A stretch of DNA of 64,000 nucleotides from Candidatus Eiseniibacteriota bacterium. Lineage in GTDB: Bacteria > Eisenbacteria > RBG-16-71-46. How positions within the stretch are numbered: the stretch's first letter is position 1; every line of letters starts with the position of its first letter. Positions 52,831 through 61,922 of the stretch are shown piece after piece. The notes below the pieces were generated by a model. It was not told where the DNA came from and did no database searches. It was given only the letters and a program-made list of their open reading frames with translations. Location of the stretch: contig CAVSAC010000012.1 of the NCBI GenBank assembly GCA_963725865.1, positions 32,001-96,000 of the forward strand, read 5' to 3'. The translations under genes were made by a program, and so were the position numbers.

Positions 52831-55338
52831 ATGAGCCTGCAGCGCTGCGGGTGTGAACGGCGTGGGTCGCCCCGCACCGTGCGGCTCGGCGGCGCCGTGG
52901 TCGCGCTGGTCGTAGCCGGCACGCTCGTCGGGGCGCGGCCGACGGCGGCCGTCGAGCTGTGGGGCACGGACGGCACGGTGACGGCGGTGGCGCGTTCGGC
53001 GAACACGATCTTCGTCGGTGGAGCGTTTTCTCACGTCGGACGGTGCACCGGCTCCGGGGTGCCGCTGGACGTCCGCACGGGCGCGGCTCCGCCGGCGTTC
53101 GCCAAGGTGATTGGTGCCGTCTTCGCGGTCGCTGCTGACGGCGAGGGCGGGTGGTATCTCGGCGGGCACTTCGACGCCGTTGGTGGCCAGGCCCGGCGAA
53201 ATCTCGCGCACGTCCTCGCGAACGGCACGGTGGCACAGTGGGCGCCGAACCCCGATGGCACGGTCTGGGCGCTGGCGGCGAAGGAGGGCGCCCTCTATGT
53301 GGGCGGCTCGTTCGGCACGATCGGCGGCCAGCGCCGCAATCTGTTCGCCGCGATCGATGGTCGGACCGGGCGCGTGACCGATTGGGACCTCCAAGCCGAC
53401 ACCGCCACTCCCGGGATCTACGGCTTGTTGGTTCGTTCCATGGCGATCCATGGGAACACCCTCTACATCGGCGGCGGCTTCACGCACCTCGGCGCCGAGC
53501 AACGCGGCAATCTAGCGGCGGTGGACCTGCGAACCGGGCGGCCCACGCCCTGGAATCCGATGGTCGACGGCATGGTGTACGCGATCGCCGTGGACGAGCG
53601 GCACGTGTACGTCGGGGGGTACGATGGGGGCCAGGTGTGGAGGGTCGGCGGCGAGCGTCGTAGCGGCCTGGCGGCGATCGATGTCCGCTCCGGCGCGCTG
53701 GCAGCGTGGGATCTCCATCCGGAGAGGCCCTCCGACCCCTATTTCTACGAGCCGGCGGTCAGCGCGTTGGCGTTGCAGGGTGGCGTGCTCTACGCCGCGG
53801 GATGTTTCGTGACCATTGGCGGAGAGGTCCGCAATGGGTTGGCCGCCATCGATGCCTCGAGCGGAGCGCTCCTGCCGTGGGCTCCGAATCCAGCGGGCGG
53901 ATCGCTGTACCCGAACCTCGAGTCGCTGCTCGTGGATGGATCCTCTGTCTACATCGGGGGGTACTTCTCGAGCGTGGGCGGCGCCGAGCGAAACTGCCTG
54001 GCGGAGGTGGACGCAAGGACCGGTCTGGCGACGCCGTGGAACCCGCGACCGAACACCGATGTCCTGGCGCTGGCGACCGACGGCGAGTCGATCTACGCCG
54101 GCGGCTACTTCACGTTCCTCGGCAACTGGCAGCGGCGCTCGTGCCTCGCCGCGCTCGATGCCACCACCGGCGAACTCAAGAGCTGGGACTTCCACCTCGC
54201 GGGCTACCAGGTCTGTGCGCTCACCGTTCGCGGCTCCACGCTCTACGTCGGAGGAGATTTTTCGGAAGTGGGTGGACTCGGTCGCAGCTACCTGGCGGCG
54301 TTCGATGTGGAAACCGCGAGCCCGGCGCCCTGGACGCCGCGTCCGGGCGGGCCGGTGTGGTGCCTGGCGGCTACCGACTCCTTGCTCTACGTCGGCGGCC
54401 TGTTCGGCTCCATCGGCGGAGAGTACCGACGCCGCGTGGCGGCGGTTCGGCTGTCGGATGGCACGCCGACGGCGTGGAATCCGGACGCCGACGACGCGGT
54501 CACGACACTGGCGGTGGGGCCGGACGCGGTCTACGCGGGGGGGCTCTTCGGGCGGATCGGCGGCCAGGTTCGCAGTCGGATCGCGGCGCTCGACCCGGCG
54601 ACGGGCTCGGCGACCAGTTGGGATGCAGCCGTTCATTCCTGGGGCTGGGTCAACAGCCTCGCGGTGGCGAGAGGCACGGTGTACATCGGCGGGTTGTTCA
54701 TCGGCGCCGCCGGGCAGCTGCGGAACAACCTCGCGGCGGTCGATGCGTCGACCGGGGCGGCGACGGCATGGAATCCCGACGCGGACGGCGAAGTGGAAGC
54801 AGTCTGTGTCAGTGGCGACAGGGTGTATGCCGGCGGTTTCTTCCGCTCCGTGTCCGGGCAGAGCCGCCGCGGGCTGGTGGCGCTCGACGCGACCTCGGCC
54901 GCGGTGGTGGACTGGAATCCGATTCCGGACGCGGTCATCTGGGCACTCTACGCCGACTCGAAGACGCTCTACACCGGCGGGAACTTCGGGAGCGTGTTCG
55001 ACCTGCCGCAGATCAACATCGCTGCGATTCCGATGCCAAGGGCAGACATCGATGACTCTCCGCCCGTCCCGGGGTCTTGGATCAGCGCCTCGATCGAGCC
55101 GAACCCCGCTCGGGCAAACGCTGTGATCAGGTTCGTGACGTCCATTCCCGGGCAAGTGAAGCTCGTCTTCTATGACGTGCAGGGCCGTCAGATCGCCTCG
55201 ATCCTCGACCGCAACGACGTCGTTGCTGGACCGCGGGAGGTCCAGGTTCGCACTGCCGAATGGCCGGCAGGCACGTACTTCTGCAGACTCGAAGGACCAA
55301 ACTCAGCCGTGACGCGCAAGCTGATTGTGCTGAAGTAG
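52831..55338 (+). CDS. Cassette B gene 2: secreted repeat beta-propeller protein with CTD
   Basis: Signal peptide; LWGTDG.V, TGSGVPLD..G and about 13 YxGGxF..R..LAAxD..W.P repeats; paralog of 46967-49534. Confidence 0.82.
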   Translation: MSLQRCGCERRGSPRTVRLGGAVVALVVAGTLVGARPTAAVELWGTDGTVTAVARSANTIFVGGAFSHVGRCTGSGVPLDVRTGAAPPAFAKVIGAVFAVAADGEGGWYLGGHFDAVGGQARRNLAHVLANGTVAQWAPNPDGTVWALAAKEGALYVGGSFGTIGGQRRNLFAAIDGRTGRVTDWDLQADTATPGIYGLLVRSMAIHGNTLYIGGGFTHLGAEQRGNLAAVDLRTGRPTPWNPMVDGMVYAIAVDERHVYVGGYDGGQVWRVGGERRSGLAAIDVRSGALAAWDLHPERPSDPYFYEPAVSALALQGGVLYAAGCFVTIGGEVRNGLAAIDASSGALLPWAPNPAGGSLYPNLESLLVDGSSVYIGGYFSSVGGAERNCLAEVDARTGLATPWNPRPNTDVLALATDGESIYAGGYFTFLGNWQRRSCLAALDATTGELKSWDFHLAGYQVCALTVRGSTLYVGGDFSEVGGLGRSYLAAFDVETASPAPWTPRPGGPVWCLAATDSLLYVGGLFGSIGGEYRRRVAAVRLSDGTPTAWNPDADDAVTTLAVGPDAVYAGGLFGRIGGQVRSRIAALDPATGSATSWDAAVHSWGWVNSLAVARGTVYIGGLFIGAAGQLRNNLAAVDASTGAATAWNPDADGEVEAVCVSGDRVYAGGFFRSVSGQSRRGLVALDATSAAVVDWNPIPDAVIWALYADSKTLYTGGNFGSVFDLPQINIAAIPMPRADIDDSPPVPGSWISASIEPNPARANAVIRFVTSIPGQVKLVFYDVQGRQIASILDRNDVVAGPREVQVRTAEWPAGTYFCRLEGPNSAVTRKLIVLK

Positions 55339-55425
55339 AGGGGCCGCCTCCCCGGGCTGCTCCTCCTGAGGTAACAGGTGACTCAGATTCGGACCCGATC
55401 GTGACGATGGCTGCAGGTGTGCCTT

Positions 55426-55632
55426 TTCAACCTCGCGATGGCCGCGCCGGTCGATCTCGCGATCTTCGACGTGCAGGGGCGCCGAGTTGCGACCTTGCTC
55501 CAACACGAGTCGCGCCTGGCTGGTGATCACGCTGTCCTTGTGAGCACGCTTGACTGGCCTCGAGGGATCTACTTCTGCCGGCTCGGAGCGTACGGCAGGT
55601 CCTCTGCTCGGAAGATGTTGGTTGTAAACTAG
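55426..55632 (+). pseudogene. Orphan C-terminal sorting-domain fragment
   Basis: FNLAMAAPVDLAIFDVQGRRVATLL...WPRGIYFCRL...ARKMLVVN with no signal peptide or body. Confidence 0.7.
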
Positions 55633-55651
55633 TCCGTCGCGTGTTGCCGCC

Positions 55652-55727
55652 GGCTGCTACTTCTGCCGGCTTCAGGCGGGCGGCCAGACAGCCACGCGGA
55701 AGTTCATCGCGCTGCGGTAGGGCGTCC
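55652..55727 (+). repeat. Remnant of cassette right end, homologous to 49466-49541
   Basis: GCYFCRLQAGGQTATRKFIALR*-ggcgtcc versus GCYFCRLQSGGKIATRKFIALR*-ggcgtcc. Confidence 0.88.
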
Positions 55728-55890
55728 CTGCGCCAGTCAGCTGCGAAGGATGGGCGCGGACACGGTGTCGAGCAGAGGTGGGTATGCGCAAATTGCGGTG
55801 GAGCGGAGAGTCGCTTGGTTGTCGAAGGGGAAATGGTGTTGCGCAGGGACTGCCACGGTTGCATGAACAACGCTTGCGGGGACAGAGATA

Positions 55891-56184
55891 GTGACAAACC
55901 CCGTGCGTCGGCGGATCCGAGCTGTTGTGTATGGAATGCTTATACAACTGGTGTTGCTTGTAATGGCCAAAGGCGCCGGAGGCGCTATTGGCTCATGGGT
56001 GATGTTGTGGAATGTGTGGCTGGCCACGGCGTGGGTGGAGCCCGCTGGGATGACGTGCTTCACGTCGAATGGTCAGACGACATTGATCTGTACTGTGCTG
56101 ACCATATGTGGAGTTGTTGTGGGCTGCGTGGTATACGGACTGGCGGTCCACGCAGTGTTGGCTGCGCGTGATCGTGGCAAATGA
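55891..56184 (+). CDS. Low-GC small membrane protein (hypothetical)
   Basis: 97 aa, 2-3 hydrophobic segments, in a visibly AT-richer patch. Confidence 0.45.
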   Translation: MTNPVRRRIRAVVYGMLIQLVLLVMAKGAGGAIGSWVMLWNVWLATAWVEPAGMTCFTSNGQTTLICTVLTICGVVVGCVVYGLAVHAVLAARDRGK

Positions 56185-56205
56185 GAGAGTGTGCGAGTCG
56201 CGCGT

Positions 56206-56294
56206 GCCCACCGTGGGCGTCGGCGTAGTGTTCAAGTGGGGGGTTTCCCCGACACCCGGCCTTCCGCTGAACGCCACGCCGGCCGCGGTTGAGT
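56206..56294 (+). other. Long imperfect hairpin with attC-like ends (GCCCACC...GTTGAGT)
   Basis: ggcgtagtgttca pairs with tgaacgccacgcc; inner ggggtttcccc stem; right end matches GTTRRRY. Confidence 0.35.
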
Positions 56295-56346
56295 AGAGGA
56301 GTACAGCCAAGGCCCCAGCCTACCAAGCCTCGAAGATCGCCTTGGC

Positions 56347-57597
56347 CTACCGTTCCCCGAGACCGCCCGCGCCGCCCAGCACCTCCAGCCCCGGCAACCC
56401 CCGCCCCTCGCCATCGAACAGCGCGAGGTTCTCGCCGCCCGAGCCGAAGCGCGGCGCGCTCACCCATTCGGGCGCCCACACGAACACGCCGCGCCCGCGA
56501 CCGTGCGGCGTCGCGCGCACGATCTCGCCCAGCCGGCGCAGGAACGCCGCCTGCCCCTGCGGGCTCGCGGGGTAGCCCGGCAGCAACTGCGACGGCAGCC
56601 CGACAAGGTTGTGCGTGTCGTCGAGTGGCTCGAGCGTCCACGGGTACGCGGTCTCGACCACCACGATGTCGCGCCGGTAGCGCTCGGCGAGGATGCGCAG
56701 GTTCGCGGTCAGCGCATCGAGCCCGCCGTGCCACCACGGGTAGTACGAGATCCCGATCGCATCGAACCGCACGCCCTGCGCGACCAGATGGTCGAAGAAC
56801 CACCGGCAGCCCGCGGCGTCTCCGCCGCGATCGACGTGCAGCAGGATGCGCACGTGCGCGCCGGCGCGCCCTCGTCCACGCCGCGCGCCCCCGCGTCGAG
56901 CAGACGCGCGAGGCGCGCCCACTGCGCGGGCGTGTCGAACGCGCCGCCCACGCGTCCCGCGTCCCACAGCAGCCCGCCGGTGATCTCGTTGCCGAGCTGC
57001 ACCATCGCGGGCGGCGTGCCCTGCGCCACCAGCGCCGCGACCACGTCGCGCGTGTAGGCGCGCACGCTGTCGCACAGCGTCTCGAGCGGCAGGCCCGACC
57101 CACGCCGCGGGCACGCGCTGGTGCGCGGGATCGGCCCACGTGTCGGAGTAGTGCAGGTCGAGCAGCAGCGCCATGCCCTGCGCGCGCGCTCGGCGCGCCA
57201 GCGTCAGCACCTCCGCCAGGCCGCTGTGGCCGTCGGCGGGGGAGTGCCAGAGGCGCAGGCGCACCCACCCGACGCCGTGGCGCTGCAGGATCGTCAACGC
57301 GTCCGCGGCCCCGCTCGTGTCGCGGTAGGTGGCGCCGCCCGCTTCCTCCTGGGGCAGGAACGAGATGTCGGCGCCGACCATGAAGTCCGCCCGATCACGG
57401 GCCGCGCCCGCAGCTTGCGCGGCGCCGGGCGCAGCGCCTGCGACCGCGGCGTTCGCGCCCAACGCTCCCCGCGCGTCCCGCGCGCCACCTGCCACCACGG
57501 CGCCCTGCGCGCAGCCCGCGAGCATGACGAGCGACAGCGCCAGCGCGGCCATGAGCCGCACCTTCGCCGCGGGCGCGAACCGCCGCTCGCCTCGCAC
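56347..57597 (-). CDS. GH53 arabinogalactan endo-1,4-beta-galactanase lipoprotein (compensating +1/-1 indels near 57095 and 56870)
   Basis: LAGC lipobox; GADISF, WVRLRLWH, LLDLHYSDTWADP, VQLGNEI (shifted frame), GISYYPWWHG, VVETAYP. Confidence 0.88.
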   Translation of the reverse strand: MRGERRFAPAAKVRLMAALALSLVMLAGCAQGAVVAGGARDARGALGANAAVAGAAPGAAQAAGAARDRADFMVGADISFLPQEEAGGATYRDTSGAADALTILQRHGVGWVRLRLWHSPADGHSGLAEVLTLARRARAQGMALLLDLHYSDTWADPAHQRVPAAWVGPAARDAVRQRARLHARRGRGAGGAGHAARDGAARQRDHRRAAVGRGTRGRRVRHARAVGAPRASARRGGARRGRGRAGAHVRILLHVDRGGDAAGCRWFFDHLVAQGVRFDAIGISYYPWWHGGLDALTANLRILAERYRRDIVVVETAYPWTLEPLDDTHNLVGLPSQLLPGYPASPQGQAAFLRRLGEIVRATPHGRGRGVFVWAPEWVSAPRFGSGGENLALFDGEGRGLPGLEVLGGAGGLGER

Positions 57598-57857
57598 AGC
57601 ATGCGATCTCACGCAGGTCCTCCGGGGTGGTCCACCGCGCGGCATGCCCGCGCCGCGGCAGTATGCGGCCGCCGCCGCGGCCGTGCATCCCGCGGTTCCC
57701 CTGCGGGGCTCCGACCACGTACAATCAACGCGGTTTCCATAGACCTCTCCTGGCCGATCCGCGGGCCGTCCCGGCCCGCGCGCAGGCCACGCAATCGTGT
57801 CTCGACTCCGCCCGTCGCGAGTTCCCCGAGCCACGACCCGAAAGGCGGTAGTCGCAC

Positions 57858-60612
57858 ATGCGCAGGTGGTCCAGCCTCCTGGTCGCCACGATGGTGGCGG
57901 CCTTCGCACTCGCACCCACGCCGGCACGGCCGGCCGTCATCCTCTCGGAGCTGTGCGATCCAAACCTCAACTACCTCACGGATCGCTTCATCGAGATCGC
58001 CAACACCGGTCCCGACTCCGTCGACCTCACCAACTGGGCGGTGATCGCGGTCGGCAACAGCGTCGACATCCAGACTTGGCCGCTGTCCGGCGTGATCGCG
58101 CCGGGTCAGGCGAGGGTGGTGGGCAACAACACCACGATCACGGTCTTCACCGTCGACTTCCCGAACGCCGCCTGGTCGTCCGCCAACGCGACCTGGAACG
58201 GCAGGGTCGGCGACGGGGCCAAGCTGATCGACGGCGGCGGCGCCATCGTGGACCGCGTGCTCGCGGCCGGCACGCTGTTCGAGAACTCCGACTACGTGCG
58301 GCACCCCAACGTCTACGTGCCGAACGCCACGTTCACGCCGTCGGAGTGGACCAGCACGCCGGTGTCACTCGCGACCGACGCGAGCCCCGGCACTCACACC
58401 ATCACGCCGCGCCCGCCGGGGCCGTCGATCTCGCACGTCGTCACCAGCCCGGGCATCCCGCTCGCCGGAGTGGCGACCGACGTGCAGGCCGACCTCGTCG
58501 ACACCACCGCCGCGATCACCACGGTGTCGCTGGCGTGGGGGACCTCGTCGTCGTCGCTGCCCAACACCATCCCGATGGCGCTGCTCTCCGGCGCCACCTG
58601 GCAGACCACCACCGCGATCCCCGCGCAGGCCGCGGGCACGACCGTGTACTACAAGGTGACCGCCTCCGACGCCGCCAGCGGCATCGGGGTCTCGAACCTG
58701 CAGAGCTACGCGCTCGCCTACGACCTCACGATCGCGCAGGTCCAGGGCACGCTTGCGGCGTCGACCTACGCCGGCAGCGCGGTGATCACGCACGGCGTGG
58801 TCACCGGCGCGTTCGGGCTCTACTTCACCGTGCAGGACGGCAGCGGCGCGCGGAACGGCCTGTGGGTGCGCGGCACCGCGGCGCCTCCGGTCGGCGATTC
58901 GGTGGTGGTGCGCGGCACCGTCACCGAGACCGACGCGCAGGGTTACGCCGGCAACACGTTGCTCGCGAGCGCGGTGGTCGTGAGCGACACCCCGGGCGCC
59001 ACGCTCCCGGCGCCGGTCGTGGTGCCCTCGGGTAGCGCGCTGGCCGAGGCGTACGAGGGCGTGCTGGTGACGATCGCCGGCGGCGTCTGCACCAATCCCG
59101 ACGCGGGCGCCCGGCACTGGGTGGTCAACGACGGCAGCGGCGCGGCGGTGGTGGACTCGATGGGCTACGCGTTCACGCCGCTGCTCGGGACCACCTACGC
59201 CGTGACCGGCCCGGTGGACTACCACGGCGGCGCGTTCTCGCTGGTGACGCGCAGCGCGGCCGACGTGGTGTGGGTCGCCGACCTCGCCGCGCCGGTCGTG
59301 AACGCGATCGGCGAGATGAGCGAGACCACGTTCCTGGTGCAGTTCTCGGAGCCGGTCGAGCTGGCGAGCGCCGAGACGCTCGTCGCACTACGCGATCGGG
59401 GCGCTCACCGCCACGGCCGCGGTGCGCGACGCCGCGAACCCGGCGAACGTGCTGGTCACGATCGCGAACGTGCCGGCCGGCCCGACCACCCTGACGACCA
59501 ACGGCGTGCTCGACCTGTACGGCAATCCGACCGCGGGTGCCGGGCACGCGTTCACCTACACCGACGTGAGCGTGCCGGCGGGCTACTACGCCGGCGCGAT
59601 CGGGCTCCACGGCACCGCGCTGCGGGCGGCGCTGCACGACATCATCAAGAACCACGCGGTGCAGAGCTACGACTTCGCCTTCACCGCGTACACCACCACC
59701 GACGTGAAGCCGAACGGCAAGGTGTGGGACATGTACTCCGACGTGCCGGGCGGCACGCCGCCGTACGAGTACGACTTCACGCAGCACACGGGCGGGACCA
59801 CCGAGGGCAGCGGCTTCAATCGCGAGCACTCGTGGCCGCAGGCGTGGTTCGGCGGCTCGGTGACGCCGATGTACACCGACCTGTGGATCATCTACCCGAC
59901 CGACTCGAAGGTGAACGAGTACCGCGGCAACTTCCCGTACGGCCCGGTCGGCGCCGCCACCATCACCTCGCGCAACGGCACCCAGGTGGGGCTCAGCTCG
60001 GATCCCGACTACACCGGGACCGTGTTCGAGCCGATCGACGCCTACAAGGGCGATCTCGCGCGCAGCACGTTCTACGTGGCGACCCGCTACTACACCGAGG
60101 ACGCCGGCTGGCCGGGCGGTGCGGCGGCGAGCGGAGCCGATCCGCTGCCGTGGGCGGCCAAGCTCTACACCCAGTGGAGCACGAACGACCCGGTGAGCTG
60201 GAAGGAGCGCCTGCGCAACGGCGCGGTGTACGCGATCCAGGGCAACCGCAATCCGTTCGTCGATCATCCCGAGTGGGTGGCCGCGATCTTCGACTCGAAC
60301 TCGGTGGCCGGCGTCGAGAGCGCGCGGCCGCTGGTCACGCGGCTGCTGCAGAACGCTCCCAACCCGTTCCGCGTCGCCACCACCGTGCGCTTCGACCTCG
60401 CGAGCCGCGCGCGCGTGGACCTGCGCGTCTTCGACGTGGCGGGCCGCGTGGTGCGCACGCTGACCGCCGGGCGCGTGCTCGAGGCCGGGCGCCACGACGT
60501 GGCGTGGGACGGCCGCGACGACGCCGGGCGCGCGGTCGGCGCGGGGCTCTACTTCTACCGGCTCGACGCCGGCGCGCTGCGTGAGACCCGCCGCATGGTG
60601 GTCACGCGCTGA
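57858..60612 (+). CDS. Secreted multidomain endonuclease I-family nuclease (lamin-tail, Ig and OB-like domains, nuclease, CTD); +1 frameshift near 59380
   Basis: Signal peptide; VILSEL..FIEIAN (LTD); TIAQVQG..GVVT..YFTVQD; NREHSWPQAW, KGDLAR, DPVS..E..RN..QGNRNPFVDHP; CTD PNPF..FDVAGR..WDG. Confidence 0.85.
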
Positions 60613-60736
60613 CCAGGCGCGGGCCGCCGCGCTCCGCGGCGCGGCGCCGTGGTAGGTTTCCGTCCCTCCGGTTCCCGAGCCGCCCGGAACCGGAGGGAGC
60701 GGGGGCGCGCTGATCCAGCAACGTCGAGGAACTCCG

Positions 60737-61234
60737 ATGGCGCGCGAGGTCGTGGTGCGGGAGGTCGAGGACGACGATCTCCCGGCGTTCTTCGAGCAGC
60801 AACGCGATCCCGAGGCGGTCCGGATGGCGGCGTTCGCCTCCCGCGATCGCGAGGCCTTCGACGCGCACTGGGCGCGGATTCGCGGCGAGCCGGACGTCCT
60901 GCTGCGGACCATCGTCGCCGACGGCCGGGTGGCCGGCAACGTCGTGAGCTTCGTGCGCGATGGTCGCACCATGGTCGGCTACTGGCTCGGCCGGGAGTTC
61001 TGGGGCCGGGGCATCGCCACGCGCGCGCTGCGGCAGTTCCTCGCCCAGCAGGCGGTGCGTCCGCTCTACGCGGACGTCGCCACGCACAACCTCGGCTCGA
61101 TCCGGGTGCTCGAGAAGTGCGGATTCGCGGTGATCGGCGAGGAGGTCATCCCCGCGGCGGCCGCGGGCGCCGAGGAAGCCGTCCCGGAGCTCATCATGGA
61201 GTTGAGAGCCGAGCTCGCGGGCGAGCCGGGATGA
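60737..61234 (+). CDS. GNAT N-acetyltransferase (RimJ/RimL-like)
   Basis: [29 protein letters not shown]. Confidence 0.9.
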   Translation: MAREVVVREVEDDDLPAFFEQQRDPEAVRMAAFASRDREAFDAHWARIRGEPDVLLRTIVADGRVAGNVVSFVRDGRTMVGYWLGREFWGRGIATRALRQFLAQQAVRPLYADVATHNLGSIRVLEKCGFAVIGEEVIPAAAAGAEEAVPELIMELRAELAGEPG

Positions 61235-61428
61235 GCCCACCCATCACATGGGCCGCCCGCTGCGGGTCGGCCACCCCGATCCGCCGCGCCGCGCCGCAGC
61301 TCGCGATCCACGTGGTGCCCGATTCGGGCACCGGGGAGCTGGTCGGGCTCACCGGAACGCTGAACATCATCATCGACGCCGGCAGGCACTCGTACGACTT
61401 CGAATACACCCTCGAGCCCGCGCCCTGA
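61231..61428 (+). pseudogene. C-terminal fragment of DUF3224-like protein
   Basis: [17 protein letters not shown]....HSYDFEY; only about 65 codons. Confidence 0.6.
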
Positions 61429-61453
61429 GCGCGCAGCGCCACCAGGAGGAACC

Positions 61454-61840
61454 ATGTCACGCGTGATGCACTTCGAGATCCACGCCACCCAGCCGCAGGC
61501 GCTGGTGAACTACTACACCGCGCTGTTCGGATGGACGTTCAAGCACCTGCCCGAGATGAACTACTGGATGATCGAGACCGGGCCGGCCGACCAGCCGGGC
61601 ATCAACGGCGGACTCGTGCAGCGTCGCTCCGGCGGCCCGGTCGAGGGACAGGCAGTGAACAGCTACGTGTGCACGGTGGGCGTGGAGTCGCTCGACGCCT
61701 CGCTCGCGAAGTCCGCCTCGCTGGGCGGCACCGTGGCGCTGCCCAAGATGGCCGTGCCCGGCGTGGGCTGGCTCGCCTACGTGAAGGACCCCGACGGCAA
61801 CATCCTCGGGATCATCCAGCCGGATACCCGGGCGGCGTAG
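61454..61840 (+). CDS. VOC/glyoxalase family protein
   Basis: VMHFEIHA, YTALFGW, GINGG, KDPDGNILG; AGGAGG RBS. Confidence 0.92.
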   Translation: MSRVMHFEIHATQPQALVNYYTALFGWTFKHLPEMNYWMIETGPADQPGINGGLVQRRSGGPVEGQAVNSYVCTVGVESLDASLAKSASLGGTVALPKMAVPGVGWLAYVKDPDGNILGIIQPDTRAA

Positions 61841-61922
61841 CGGATCGCGCGGGCAGCCGACGAGCCGGACCGCACCTCGGTCCGGCTCGTCGTGTCCGCG
61901 GGCCGCGAGCGGGCGCCGCGCT

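Noticed and set aside
44526..55727. Diversity-generating retroelement (TR/VR pair) explaining the cassette arms or the 49466/55652 tails
   Set aside because: Differences involve all four bases rather than only adenines, and no reverse transcriptase is in the window
55765..55880. CxxC...CxxC zinc-ribbon-like stretch in ORF 55641-56171
   Set aside because: No convincing start; the frame continues as a shadow of the hydrophobic ORF in TG-rich DNA where Cys codons arise by chance
56288..56345. Group II intron 3' end on the minus strand (ctcctctactcaac)
   Set aside because: No recognisable domain V or paired domain VI upstream, and no maturase
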